Below, one piece after another: positions 7,690 through 15,541 of a DNA stretch of 49,980 bases. How positions within the stretch are numbered: the first letter of the stretch is position 1; each line of letters begins with the position of its first letter. Source of the DNA: a virus; IMG/VR virus record IMGVR_UViG_3300015195_000003, positions 1 to 49,980 of that record; one strand, 5' to 3'. A program made the position numbers and the translations under genes. The notes under the pieces were generated by a model, which saw only the letters and a program-made list of their open reading frames with translations, was not told where the DNA came from and ran no database searches.

Positions 7690-8101
7690 ATTCTCCGATT
7701 TCTAACGCGCGCGTTTCAGTCAAACTTTTTCTTTCGCTGATAGCTTTTTCTGCGAGAAATGTTCGTATTGGAATTTTGATAAACACTTTCGGTTGACGAA
7801 GTTTATAAAACCACAAAACGACAAATGCCGGAGTGTTGACGATCATAAAACAATCAAAAGGTTTTTTAGCGGCAAATCGCATTTGTGTCGAAGCTCCCCA
7901 TGAAACAGGCTGATCGGGAATTTTAAAATAGTAGCCGCCCGTCTGAGCCGCTTGCAATGCTTCGATCTGGTGCGGTTGTACTGCGTCAAAAGGTATTGAG
8001 TTTTTTTTCGAGATTTTCAATTCGTACACTTCTGCCGTTGGTGGTGGATTCTTTCGCAAGTGTCGACCGAAAATTGATTGCATTGTTTTTTCACTAATCA
8101 T
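7661..8101 (-). CDS. Hypothetical protein, possibly nuclease-like
   Basis: 146-aa ORF with an ATG start. The YELK ... PFD segments are loosely PD-(D/E)XK-like, and the assignment is weak. Confidence 0.55.
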   Translation of the reverse strand: MISEKTMQSIFGRHLRKNPPPTAEVYELKISKKNSIPFDAVQPHQIEALQAAQTGGYYFKIPDQPVSWGASTQMRFAAKKPFDCFMIVNTPAFVVLWFYKLRQPKVFIKIPIRTFLAEKAISERKSLTETRALEIGESISIARGES

Positions 8102-8103
8102 AA

Positions 8104-8424
8104 CTAAAAAATAAATTTGGTCTCAAGTTGATAGTTCATTGGTGATAACTCAAAATGAAAAGTTTCGACCGCTGGATGTTGACTTAAAAAATCATAAAAT
8201 TTCTCTATCGAATCCATTCTTTCGGCTTGTTCGGCGAATCCTACTAAAGCAAATACGCCTCGAACTCTAACAATGCTATTATCCATGCTCATTCCAAAAT
8301 CGTTTGAAAACTGGACTTCAACTTCGTTACAAATCCAATAGCAATTCGGCGTAAATTGGTATCGCTTGTCCTCGTGAATATCAGATTTTTGTAACGATAA
8401 ATTAGTTTTTAGTTTTTGTGTCAT
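8104..8424 (-). CDS. Hypothetical protein
   Basis: The track start at 8445 is a TTG. The ATG at 8424 (MTQKLKT...) is preferred. Confidence 0.55.
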   Translation of the reverse strand: MTQKLKTNLSLQKSDIHEDKRYQFTPNCYWICNEVEVQFSNDFGMSMDNSIVRVRGVFALVGFAEQAERMDSIEKFYDFLSQHPAVETFHFELSPMNYQLETKFIF

Positions 8425-8764
8425 TTTTAATAATTTCTCCTTCAATCGGCAATGTCACATCGTCAGTTGTCACAAGTTGACCTTTATGAAGTTTCTTTTT
8501 GGCAATTGCGAGTGTCGTCTTCCAACCGTATTGCATGTTTACTTTTTCAGCCTCATGTCGAGCGCGTCTTTTTATCTTGACGTATTTGTGTTTGACTAAA
8601 AATTCCGCTAACCAATCAATAAATTGATTTTCTTCTTCGGGTGTCCAAGTGTGCAATTGAAACCAATCCGGCCGTATGAATTTCACCGCGTCGTAACTAA
8701 GCCCGATCATCTCGCACATGTGAGTTAAAATTTCGACTGAGTGTTCTTTTGAAATGTCTTTCAT
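8402..8764 (-). CDS. Hypothetical protein
   Basis: 120-aa ORF with an ATG start, tightly packed against its neighbours. Confidence 0.6.
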   Translation of the reverse strand: MKDISKEHSVEILTHMCEMIGLSYDAVKFIRPDWFQLHTWTPEEENQFIDWLAEFLVKHKYVKIKRRARHEAEKVNMQYGWKTTLAIAKKKLHKGQLVTTDDVTLPIEGEIIKNDTKTKN

Positions 8765-8765
8765 A

Positions 8766-9221
8766 TTATCGACTTACATAAATCTCGGCTTCCGGCCACT
8801 TTTTACATGCCGCTAAATACGACTCCGCAACTTCCAAAAGAATTTCATACGATCCCCAACCATTATCGGGATTAAAATTCTTAAAAAAAGTTGGATCTTT
8901 TTTGAGTATTAAGATTCCCGATTCAAGCGGTAAAATAATATCTTTTGCGTACTTCCAGCCTTTTTCTTCAGGTCGCCACATTGCGTAATACAAACCAGCT
9001 TTTTCCGCCATTTGTCCCATGTTATGCGTGATGTTGGCGCCAAAAACTTGGTCAGTTGTGAGATTTGGCATGTTTACCCGAGTTGGTGTTCTGCCAGGAA
9101 ATCTCTTTTCCCACTCATCGTCGGAGATCTCTTTTGTTTGACCATTTTCTCGAATAAAAATTCCAGAAGTATATTTTTTCTTTTCTTCTCCTTTAACGAT
9201 CAGTCCAATATCTAAACTCAT
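8766..9221 (-). CDS. Hypothetical protein
   Basis: 151-aa ORF with an ATG start overlapping the upstream stop. Confidence 0.65.
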   Translation of the reverse strand: MSLDIGLIVKGEEKKKYTSGIFIRENGQTKEISDDEWEKRFPGRTPTRVNMPNLTTDQVFGANITHNMGQMAEKAGLYYAMWRPEEKGWKYAKDIILPLESGILILKKDPTFFKNFNPDNGWGSYEILLEVAESYLAACKKWPEAEIYVSR

Positions 9222-9541
9222 ACTATTTCAAATCCTTTAGGAGTAATTAAAATGCGATTGTGGCATGTTTGACAAAGAATCGATTTAAAATAAGCTAAAG
9301 CGACAATTCGTCTTTTGCAACGAGGGCATTGACCGCGAACAGCTCGGCGAAAATGAGGAAACAACATCGCAAAAGGCAAAGCAACAGCCGCAACCAACGC
9401 GCTTAGAAAAAGAAAGAGTCCGATAAAAGGAATAAGAAGCGCGAAGCAACCAAACGAGAAGATCCAAACACCAGCACCCATTCCGAATAGAAAGCTTTTA
9501 AATTTTGATGTGTAAATGATTTCTGTTTTTGATTTTCTCAT
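9218..9541 (-). CDS. Membrane protein with a C-terminal CxxC...CxxC zinc ribbon
   Basis: Two hydrophobic segments (FLFGMGAGVWIFSFGCFALLIPFIGLFLFLSALVAAVALPFAMLF) are followed by CPRCKRR...CQTCHN. Confidence 0.6.
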   Translation of the reverse strand: MRKSKTEIIYTSKFKSFLFGMGAGVWIFSFGCFALLIPFIGLFLFLSALVAAVALPFAMLFPHFRRAVRGQCPRCKRRIVALAYFKSILCQTCHNRILITPKGFEIV

Positions 9542-10107
9542 GAGACCCTCCTTAGTGATTTGACAACCAACATTTTGTCTTGAAAACTTCGCTCGATAAT
9601 TCTCGCCTCTAAGTGAAACTTGCTCAAAGCAATTTCGTATTTCATCGCGTTAATTGAGACCGTTGGCCAACAAACAAAAAAGTGAGAAGTAACGACGTGT
9701 CGACCAAGCTTTTGTAATGCGCTCAGAGCATCTTCTTTTTTCAAAATGTAGTATAAGACCTCAGAGCAAACAATCACGTCGAATTTGCGCTTTCGGTTCT
9801 GCTTGGCGTACTTCTCAAGTGACGTTGTAATAAACTTTACATCTTTAACGTTTTTCTTGGCGCGCGCAATTTCTGATTTTGACACATCAATGCCGACAAC
9901 GCGACGCGAAATCTTTTTGAGTTTTTTCGTAAATGCGCCGTCTGAGCATCCAACTTCTAAAATTGTTGCATGTGGCACTTTCTCAATAAGTCGGATTAAA
10001 TTGTCCGACGATCTCTTGAAATATTCTGGATTTTTATTTTTCGACCAGAAACTCTCCTTTATGCAAAGTTGTTCCAGATCCTGATAAATTTTCGTTTGTT
10101 TTTTCAT
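9538..10107 (-). CDS. Class I SAM-dependent methyltransferase (substrate unknown)
   Basis: Motif I ILEVGCSDGAFT, followed by VVGIDVS and FDVIVCSEVLYYI. No DPPY/NPPY DNA-methyltransferase motif was seen. Confidence 0.7.
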   Translation of the reverse strand: MKKQTKIYQDLEQLCIKESFWSKNKNPEYFKRSSDNLIRLIEKVPHATILEVGCSDGAFTKKLKKISRRVVGIDVSKSEIARAKKNVKDVKFITTSLEKYAKQNRKRKFDVIVCSEVLYYILKKEDALSALQKLGRHVVTSHFFVCWPTVSINAMKYEIALSKFHLEARIIERSFQDKMLVVKSLRRVS

Positions 10108-10173
10108 ATTTATGTAAGTGCTAGTTTAGCTTGTCTACAGGCCGTCTTCCGACAGCTCGTATAAAAGTCTTCA

Positions 10174-10476
10174 TCATGTGTTCGGTTCGGTCATTTTGTT
10201 AATAGTAATAAAAATAATCATCCTCGCAATGGCATTTATTGGCAAAGAATCTGTTTCTTCATGCAAGATAAAAAGCTCTCCGCCTTCATCCTGAACACTC
10301 AGCGAAAAGGTTGCTTTGTCTTTTTTGAAGACGAGTGCAAAAAATGCCTCTTTGCGTTTCATGTTTTTATCCGTTACTGTCACCCAGATTTTTTTCGGTA
10401 ATTCATCGAACAAATCGTCCGAGTTTTCCCCTTCGTATCCTAATTTTTTAAGTTTGTCTAAAAGTATAGATTTCAT
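10174..10476 (-). CDS. Hypothetical protein
   Basis: 100-aa ORF with an ATG start. Confidence 0.55.
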   Translation of the reverse strand: MKSILLDKLKKLGYEGENSDDLFDELPKKIWVTVTDKNMKRKEAFFALVFKKDKATFSLSVQDEGGELFILHEETDSLPINAIARMIIFITINKMTEPNT

Positions 10477-10478
10477 AA

Positions 10479-10652
10479 TTAAAATTTTAATTGATCGACT
10501 TTCACGATTGTTCCTCTAGCGACAGCATTAGCTTCCAATAAAGGCGACGTTTCAACACTCGTGATTAATTTTTGCATCATCGATTTAGCCTCGGATTTGT
10601 CCTTTGCATCGAAATTTATAACAAATGATAAGTTTACGCTATATCTCTTCAT
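10479..10652 (-). CDS. Small hypothetical protein (57 aa, not in the track)
   Basis: Hand translation: MKRYSVNLSFVINFDAKDKSEAKSMMQKL...VKVDQLKF. The stop lies 2 nt before the next ATG. Confidence 0.4.
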   Translation of the reverse strand: MKRYSVNLSFVINFDAKDKSEAKSMMQKLITSVETSPLLEANAVARGTIVKVDQLKF

Positions 10653-10795
10653 AATCTATGTCCTCTGTATTATCACAATTTAGATTGACGCATTCGAAAA
10701 AGTGACCCCAAATCTCAGTCTCGTTTTCATTAGTGGCACGTTGTAAAATGCCGTATACTTTTATCATAGCGTCGCCGCATTTTGGACAAAACATA

Positions 10796-10930
10796 TTATT
10801 TATATAATCCTTTGAAAAAGCCTCTCATAAACATTAGCATAATCCATTCTCCAGCACTAAAGCGCATTCCGTACATACGAAATGTACCTCGTCTTGGTTT
10901 CCAATTTTTATCGTTTGCGTATATCTTCAT
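10796..10930 (-). CDS. Small hypothetical protein (44 aa, not in the track)
   Basis: Hand translation: MKIYANDKNWKPRRGTFRMYGMRFSAGEWIMLMFMRGFFKGLYK. The ATG lies 8 nt after the -10 of promoter 10939-10967. Confidence 0.35.
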   Translation of the reverse strand: MKIYANDKNWKPRRGTFRMYGMRFSAGEWIMLMFMRGFFKGLYK

Positions 10931-10938
10931 ATACTGTA

Positions 10939-10967
10939 ATTATACATGGTTAGACATGGTTTGTCAA
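10939..10967 (-). promoter_or_regulatory. GTCTAA-box promoter: TTGACA-aaccat-GTCTAA-ccatg-TATAAT
   Basis: Perfect hexamers with a 17-nt spacer, read from the reverse complement. Confidence 0.6.
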
Positions 10968-10977
10968 CTGCGGCTTT

Positions 10978-10986
10978 TGCTACAAT
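10978..10986 (+). promoter_or_regulatory. Extended -10 promoter TGcTACAAT
   Basis: TGn plus TACAAT; the ATG at 10993 begins 6 nt downstream. No good -35 is present. Confidence 0.45.
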
Positions 10987-10992
10987 GAACTC

Positions 10993-11409
10993 ATGCACTA
11001 TTCCGATTTAGGGTACAAACACTATCAAGAATACGTCGACGGCCCTGAATGGCAAGAGATAAAAGACTACTTTTTCAAGCATTGCGGCGAGTATAAATGC
11101 CGCATTTGTGGGCGTCACTGGAAGCTACTCTTGCACAAAAGGAGCTATGAGTATTTGACGATGGAAAAGCTTCGTAATCGCTTCATTTTCAAGTTCTTCA
11201 TTGTGCGCTACCTCAAAAAATACATGACTTGGCTTTGTTTTCCCGACAATGATTTAGTGCATTTTGATGACGATGGAGGAAGAATCGAACTTGATTACAA
11301 GAAATTATGGAGAAGAGAACAACAAATCTACAGACGACGAAACGCGTGGTATAACCGACTTTTGAGAAAAAGACCATCAGAGATTATTAATCTACTTAGT
11401 GGTCGTTGA
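10993..11409 (+). CDS. Free-standing HNH-like (degenerate) protein on the opposite strand
   Basis: CRICGRHWKLLLHKRSYEYL ... LCFPDNDLVH loosely follows the CxxC...H...Y...LC...H layout of small phage HNH proteins. Its 3' end overlaps the holin 3' end by 18 nt. Confidence 0.55.
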   Translation: MHYSDLGYKHYQEYVDGPEWQEIKDYFFKHCGEYKCRICGRHWKLLLHKRSYEYLTMEKLRNRFIFKFFIVRYLKKYMTWLCFPDNDLVHFDDDGGRIELDYKKLWRREQQIYRRRNAWYNRLLRKRPSEIINLLSGR

Positions 11410-11655
11410 GATCTCATGCCAGAAACAAGCGGCTGCTGTTGTGAAAACTGTTCCAATTAAAGCTTGATCTACTGGTAAATGATACAAATAAATCACTCCA
11501 AATTGAACGACGAAAGCGAGAAGCGACGCAATGAAAGGCGCAAGCTGGCCGTCGAGTTTCCAATGGTATTTTAAGTATTCGACTGCGGCTTCTATGTGCA
11601 TGGCGAATCCTAACCCTATAAGAATGTGTGGATTAAACATCCCGAGTATGTCCAT
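11392..11655 (-). CDS. Holin candidate (three hydrophobic segments)
   Basis: 87 aa with three TM-like stretches, immediately downstream of the endolysin (stop and start share one base). Confidence 0.6.
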   Translation of the reverse strand: MDILGMFNPHILIGLGFAMHIEAAVEYLKYHWKLDGQLAPFIASLLAFVVQFGVIYLYHLPVDQALIGTVFTTAAACFWHEISTTTK

Positions 11656-12845
11656 TAGTTAACACCTCCCTTTTTCTTCCAAAAATGAAGATGTGAAAAC
11701 AACCATGTGAAAAATCCAATAACAATGTCGATGTGTCGCTCTCCAGCATAGACCTTGAATTGAACACCACCCGGGCTTTGTGGGTTCTTCTTAACCTCGA
11801 TCGTCGAGGGTACTGGTACGGTATGCTCGCCTAACCCTCCCGAGGCTGGCGGTTTATTGTCGTTTTCAGGCGTGGTTGTGTCAGGGTTGTTTACTATTGG
11901 CGTTGTTGGAGCTGGCGTTGTTGTTGGCTCATCTTTTGGCGTCTGAGGCGGATTCGGTTGCGCTGGAACTTCCGGCGTCGTGGTCGTTGGCGATGTTGGG
12001 GCTGGAGTGCTAGTTTGCGTTGATGTTGCGTTTGGCTGAGCAACAGCGCCCAAATCTTCAGCAGTAGGAGCTGTCAAATGAGCATCTCGAATAGCATCCC
12101 AACAATCGGGTCTGAGGATGTGTTGGAATGACCAAAAGTTGACAGACTTGTATCCTTTTGCGGCGTTGATAAAATCAGTCAAATCTTGTGGTTTAAGAAC
12201 GTATGCTGGCTTTAGTTCGTAGTTGTCATAGGCCTGAGCTAGCGGAATGATTGGCTTACGTGACTCTTCAGGCCACTGAGCCTCCCACTTTGACCATTGC
12301 TCATACATCCAGTTAATAGCGGCCTCTGAGGTCATCTTGAAGTCACCCTGATACACCTGTGGCATCACCGCGTCGCAATATTTACCAAATACTTTGTACG
12401 GAAAGCGCGTATGAAAATCAATGATCGGCATTGGTGCGTGAGCGATAAAAGCGTTGGGATTTAATTGTCTTAAGACCTGTAGCATTTGGTCTGCCGCCGC
12501 GTTTGGGTCAGATAAGTGTTCATATTGTGTTTCCGCGTCAAAGACGTGTCCATCGCCTCCTTGGTTGATTGCCCATGATGCAATGTTCGCCTCTCGGTTG
12601 GGGTTTTGTCCATAAATGAAAGACCAAGAATAAATCTTGAGTCCTGCATCATGAAACTTTTTCACAAGATCCGCATTCCATTGATCCCAGGTGTTTTCTC
12701 CGTCCCCTGCTTTTACAACAGCATACGAAATATCATACGCTTTCATTTTTGAAATAATGGCGTTGACGTCGCCGCCGAGAATTGAAGGAAGTTCCCAAAT
12801 CCACATGCCTTTGCCAAATGGGAAGTTTTTATGGAATTTGCTCAT
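11655..12845 (-). CDS. Endolysin candidate: glycoside-hydrolase-like N-terminal domain, Pro/Thr-rich linker, C-terminal hydrophobic anchor
   Basis: KGMWIWE...VVKAGDG...DAETQYE resembles TIM-barrel glycosidase-like domains. A PT linker follows (TSTPAPTSPTTTTPEVPAQPNPPQTPKDEPTTTPAPTTP), and the C-terminus IVIGFFTWLFSHLHFW is hydrophobic. It lies between two TM-protein genes. Confidence 0.6.
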   Translation of the reverse strand: MSKFHKNFPFGKGMWIWELPSILGGDVNAIISKMKAYDISYAVVKAGDGENTWDQWNADLVKKFHDAGLKIYSWSFIYGQNPNREANIASWAINQGGDGHVFDAETQYEHLSDPNAAADQMLQVLRQLNPNAFIAHAPMPIIDFHTRFPYKVFGKYCDAVMPQVYQGDFKMTSEAAINWMYEQWSKWEAQWPEESRKPIIPLAQAYDNYELKPAYVLKPQDLTDFINAAKGYKSVNFWSFQHILRPDCWDAIRDAHLTAPTAEDLGAVAQPNATSTQTSTPAPTSPTTTTPEVPAQPNPPQTPKDEPTTTPAPTTPIVNNPDTTTPENDNKPPASGGLGEHTVPVPSTIEVKKNPQSPGGVQFKVYAGERHIDIVIGFFTWLFSHLHFWKKKGGVN

Positions 12846-12851
12846 GTATCC

Positions 12852-12881
12852 ATTATTCTACAGACTTGATCAGTTTGTCAA
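12852..12881 (-). promoter_or_regulatory. Promoter TTGACA-N18-AATAAT
   Basis: Read from the reverse complement. The endolysin ATG (12845) begins 6 nt after the -10. Confidence 0.45.
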
Positions 12882-12965
12882 TTTCCAGTTTTGGAATGAA
12901 GGGTCGCCCGAATTTTTATTGAAGTTTCGATAATGCGCGCAACTAAAATATCGCTATCTTTTTTT

Positions 12966-13211
12966 TTAGGTTTTTGTTTTTTGGTCTGCCTCTTCATCAT
13001 GCCTTTTTAAATCGATAAGAATTGCTTGCAATGTACTATCCACCGATTTTAACACAATGGTTACTTTTTCTTCTGTATCCTTGGCGTCGACTATTTCTTT
13101 GTTCTTTTCTTCGAGAAGTAATTTCGAAACATACACCAGCGCTATTATCGCAAGCGCCGCAACAACTCCGAACGGTGTTTCTTTTGCCAATAAGCCAAGT
13201 AAGTCTCCCAT
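12966..13211 (-). CDS. Single-TM coiled-coil protein (possible lysis accessory, holin- or spanin-like)
   Basis: ATG at 13211 lies right after the adhesin stop (TAATATG). TM segment FGVVAALAIIALVYV is followed by a charged tail. The long track form overlaps the adhesin by 239 nt. Confidence 0.5.
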   Translation of the reverse strand: MGDLLGLLAKETPFGVVAALAIIALVYVSKLLLEEKNKEIVDAKDTEEKVTIVLKSVDSTLQAILIDLKRHDEEADQKTKT

Positions 13212-13212
13212 A

Positions 13213-14391
13213 TTAAAATCCTGAAAGTCCCATCCTTTCGCAGAACTTTGAGAATCCGTTATTGTTGTATGTTGGCGTCGTGACAAACGATCCAGAATTA
13301 ACAGTGACCTTTCCGCATTGTAAAGCGATTCGACCATCGCCACCTGATCCACCATCTTCGTCGCCGTCAACTCCCGAATGATTGTTATTTCGAATATGCG
13401 CGCCCGGATTTGCTGTAATGACTGCTCCGTTATTCCAAACAAACTCTTCACAAATCATAAGAAGCGAACCACCACCACCTGAACCACCACAACCGCCTTT
13501 ATAGTTTGCCGCTGTCCCATTGTTTCCGTTAAACGTAAAAGAAGCAGTAGCACCCAAAACGATTCGTTTCGCAACGATGATAAATGAGCCTCCTCCTGAT
13601 CCTCCGACGGTTCCGACGACTCCACCTGATCCGCCTCCGCCACCTCCGCCACCTCCGAGAGGTACGCCTGCGTCGAGAGTTGCACTTGATATGGAATTGC
13701 CAACAATTCCAGGGCCGCCACCTTGATTTAAGCCACCACCTGATCCAGTGCCGTTTTGCGAGTTGCCGGACGAGTTCACGCCGCCTGCTCCACCATTTCC
13801 TTGATCCCAAGGGCCATTTGTTGAGTATCCACCACCACCGCCACCGTTACCATTTGCCGCTGTTTGAGCGACGTTGTTCGCGCCAACTGTTCCTTCTCCT
13901 CTATTACCGACGGTATTAAATCCACCACCTGCGCCTCCCCGAAAGCCGTAGCCGTTCATGTTGATGTTGCCATTAAAGGTAGCTGTACCTCGACAAAATA
14001 GACCACCGTAGCCGTATCGAGCGCCATCCCACGCAGTATTGTTGATGTTCACACCTGAATTTTGCGTGAAACTTCGATAGCGAGGGAACTTAATCATTTG
14101 CGCGCCTGTCGTGTAGTTGTATGAAAGAGGAATCGCCATGACAAACGGACTGGCATTTCCATTAACTGACTGAATGATGTTCCACTCCATTTGCAAAGCG
14201 CCAGTTCCTTGCACTTGAATGATTAAAACCAAATCGCCATTTACGAAGCTTGCAGGGGTTGTGACCGCGAGAGAAGTCGAATATTGTGAACCTGTAACAG
14301 CGGAAAAAAGAGAATTAACAGCCGCACTTGCCGAAAGAACGATGTCGGAATCTTGACCCATTTGGAAAATTGGTGCGACTAAGTTTTGCAT
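13213..14391 (-). CDS. Glycine-rich tail fibre/adhesin
   Basis: 392 aa with runs such as GGGGGGGGSGGVVGTVGGSGGGS and GGCGGSGGGGS. It is the last gene of the tail module. Confidence 0.75.
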   Translation of the reverse strand: MQNLVAPIFQMGQDSDIVLSASAAVNSLFSAVTGSQYSTSLAVTTPASFVNGDLVLIIQVQGTGALQMEWNIIQSVNGNASPFVMAIPLSYNYTTGAQMIKFPRYRSFTQNSGVNINNTAWDGARYGYGGLFCRGTATFNGNINMNGYGFRGGAGGGFNTVGNRGEGTVGANNVAQTAANGNGGGGGGYSTNGPWDQGNGGAGGVNSSGNSQNGTGSGGGLNQGGGPGIVGNSISSATLDAGVPLGGGGGGGGGSGGVVGTVGGSGGGSFIIVAKRIVLGATASFTFNGNNGTAANYKGGCGGSGGGGSLLMICEEFVWNNGAVITANPGAHIRNNNHSGVDGDEDGGSGGDGRIALQCGKVTVNSGSFVTTPTYNNNGFSKFCERMGLSGF

Positions 14392-14396
14392 ACATA

Positions 14397-15251
14397 TTAA
14401 GCGGATGGTTGAATTAAAACATCAGCTCCGGCAATCGTTGACCCGATAGCAGTACAATCGAGTCGAAGTTCGTCGCTCGTATTAACCGAGGCATTTGTCA
14501 TTGCGGCGTTTGTTCCAGATCTTGAACCAGCGGCAATCGTAACTGTTCCAACATCGCGCGCTTGCGTGACGTTATAAATACGCATTGTTAATCCAGCGCC
14601 AGTCGGACCCGTCAACGCGATAGCATCAAGACGATTAATCGCTGAAATTCCTGGTGGAACGATCCAGTTCAAACCTAAACCGTTTGTGACGTATAACGTT
14701 CCGTACACCCCGAACGGTGGGATTGCTCCCGAGTTTCCCAAAAGAAATCGTGTTCTTTTATCGGTAATATTTGCATTAACAATTGAGGTGAATCCGTTCG
14801 CAACGGCAATATCTGCAAGTCGATAAAAAGGATTTCCTGCACCAACCGCCGCTTGAACCGCCGCATCGCTTGGAGATACTGGAGATCCTGCAGGCGTTCC
14901 GTTAACATCCATAAACTTCAAGGCACTTGGGTTGTTGTTGGAAGCTGAGGACACAACCGATAAATCCACATACGCGACAAGTGCATCAATACGAGGATTT
15001 CCCGAAGCGTTTGCGGTAATTGTAACAACGGTTAAGGCGTCAATCCAAGTGTAAAAAAGATAATCTTGATAGGAAATTGCCAGATCTCCGATGGTTAAAT
15101 CGACTGAGGCGTTTGGAGTTGAGTGTTGCGCGACTTGCAAATCTGCTTGAGCAACCGGCCCTTGACCGTTTGATGAAGCTCTTCGCAAAAAGCGCAAAGC
15201 TCCGTTTTCGTCTGTTTTTCCGCCATTACGGATTGCTAAAAATGCTCCCAT
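14397..15251 (-). CDS. Tail fibre/baseplate-associated structural protein
   Basis: 284-aa Ala/Thr/Gly-rich ORF between the Tal-like protein and the adhesin. Start context is ACCTATGG. Confidence 0.65.
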   Translation of the reverse strand: MGAFLAIRNGGKTDENGALRFLRRASSNGQGPVAQADLQVAQHSTPNASVDLTIGDLAISYQDYLFYTWIDALTVVTITANASGNPRIDALVAYVDLSVVSSASNNNPSALKFMDVNGTPAGSPVSPSDAAVQAAVGAGNPFYRLADIAVANGFTSIVNANITDKRTRFLLGNSGAIPPFGVYGTLYVTNGLGLNWIVPPGISAINRLDAIALTGPTGAGLTMRIYNVTQARDVGTVTIAAGSRSGTNAAMTNASVNTSDELRLDCTAIGSTIAGADVLIQPSA

Positions 15252-15295
15252 AGGTTTAGGTTAATTTAATCGTACCACAACAATTGATAAATAAG

Positions 15296-15541
15296 CTAGA
15301 TTGTCGTATCCGCCCAAGCGCCGCCGTTGTATGATTTTCGAACCTTGCCTGTTGCCGAGTTGTAATACAAACCAAATTGTCCGGTTTTCGTAACAGGCGG
15401 ATCGGTTGCTCGAACAACGAGAGGAATGTAGCCTTGCCAGCCGTATTGTTGTTTTTGCAATGCCTTAACATCCGCTTGTAAATCGTTAATAATGTTTTTA
15501 AATCTATCTTGTAATGTGTCGTTTGAATAAGGTCTACCCAT
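15296..15541 (-). CDS. Small tail-associated protein
   Basis: 81-aa ORF with an ATG start overlapping the upstream stop. Confidence 0.5.
   Translation of the reverse strand: MGRPYSNDTLQDRFKNIINDLQADVKALQKQQYGWQGYIPLVVRATDPPVTKTGQFGLYYNSATGKVRKSYNGGAWADTTI

Noticed and set aside
13455-13919. Track ORFs 13455..13721, 13520..13726, 13529..13810 and 13584..13919, which encode Arg/Pro/Trp-rich or poly-Pro peptides
   Set aside because: All lie inside the glycine-rich adhesin gene (13213..14391). They are alternative-frame or antisense readings of GGN-rich low-complexity DNA. They have implausible compositions and no independent start signals.
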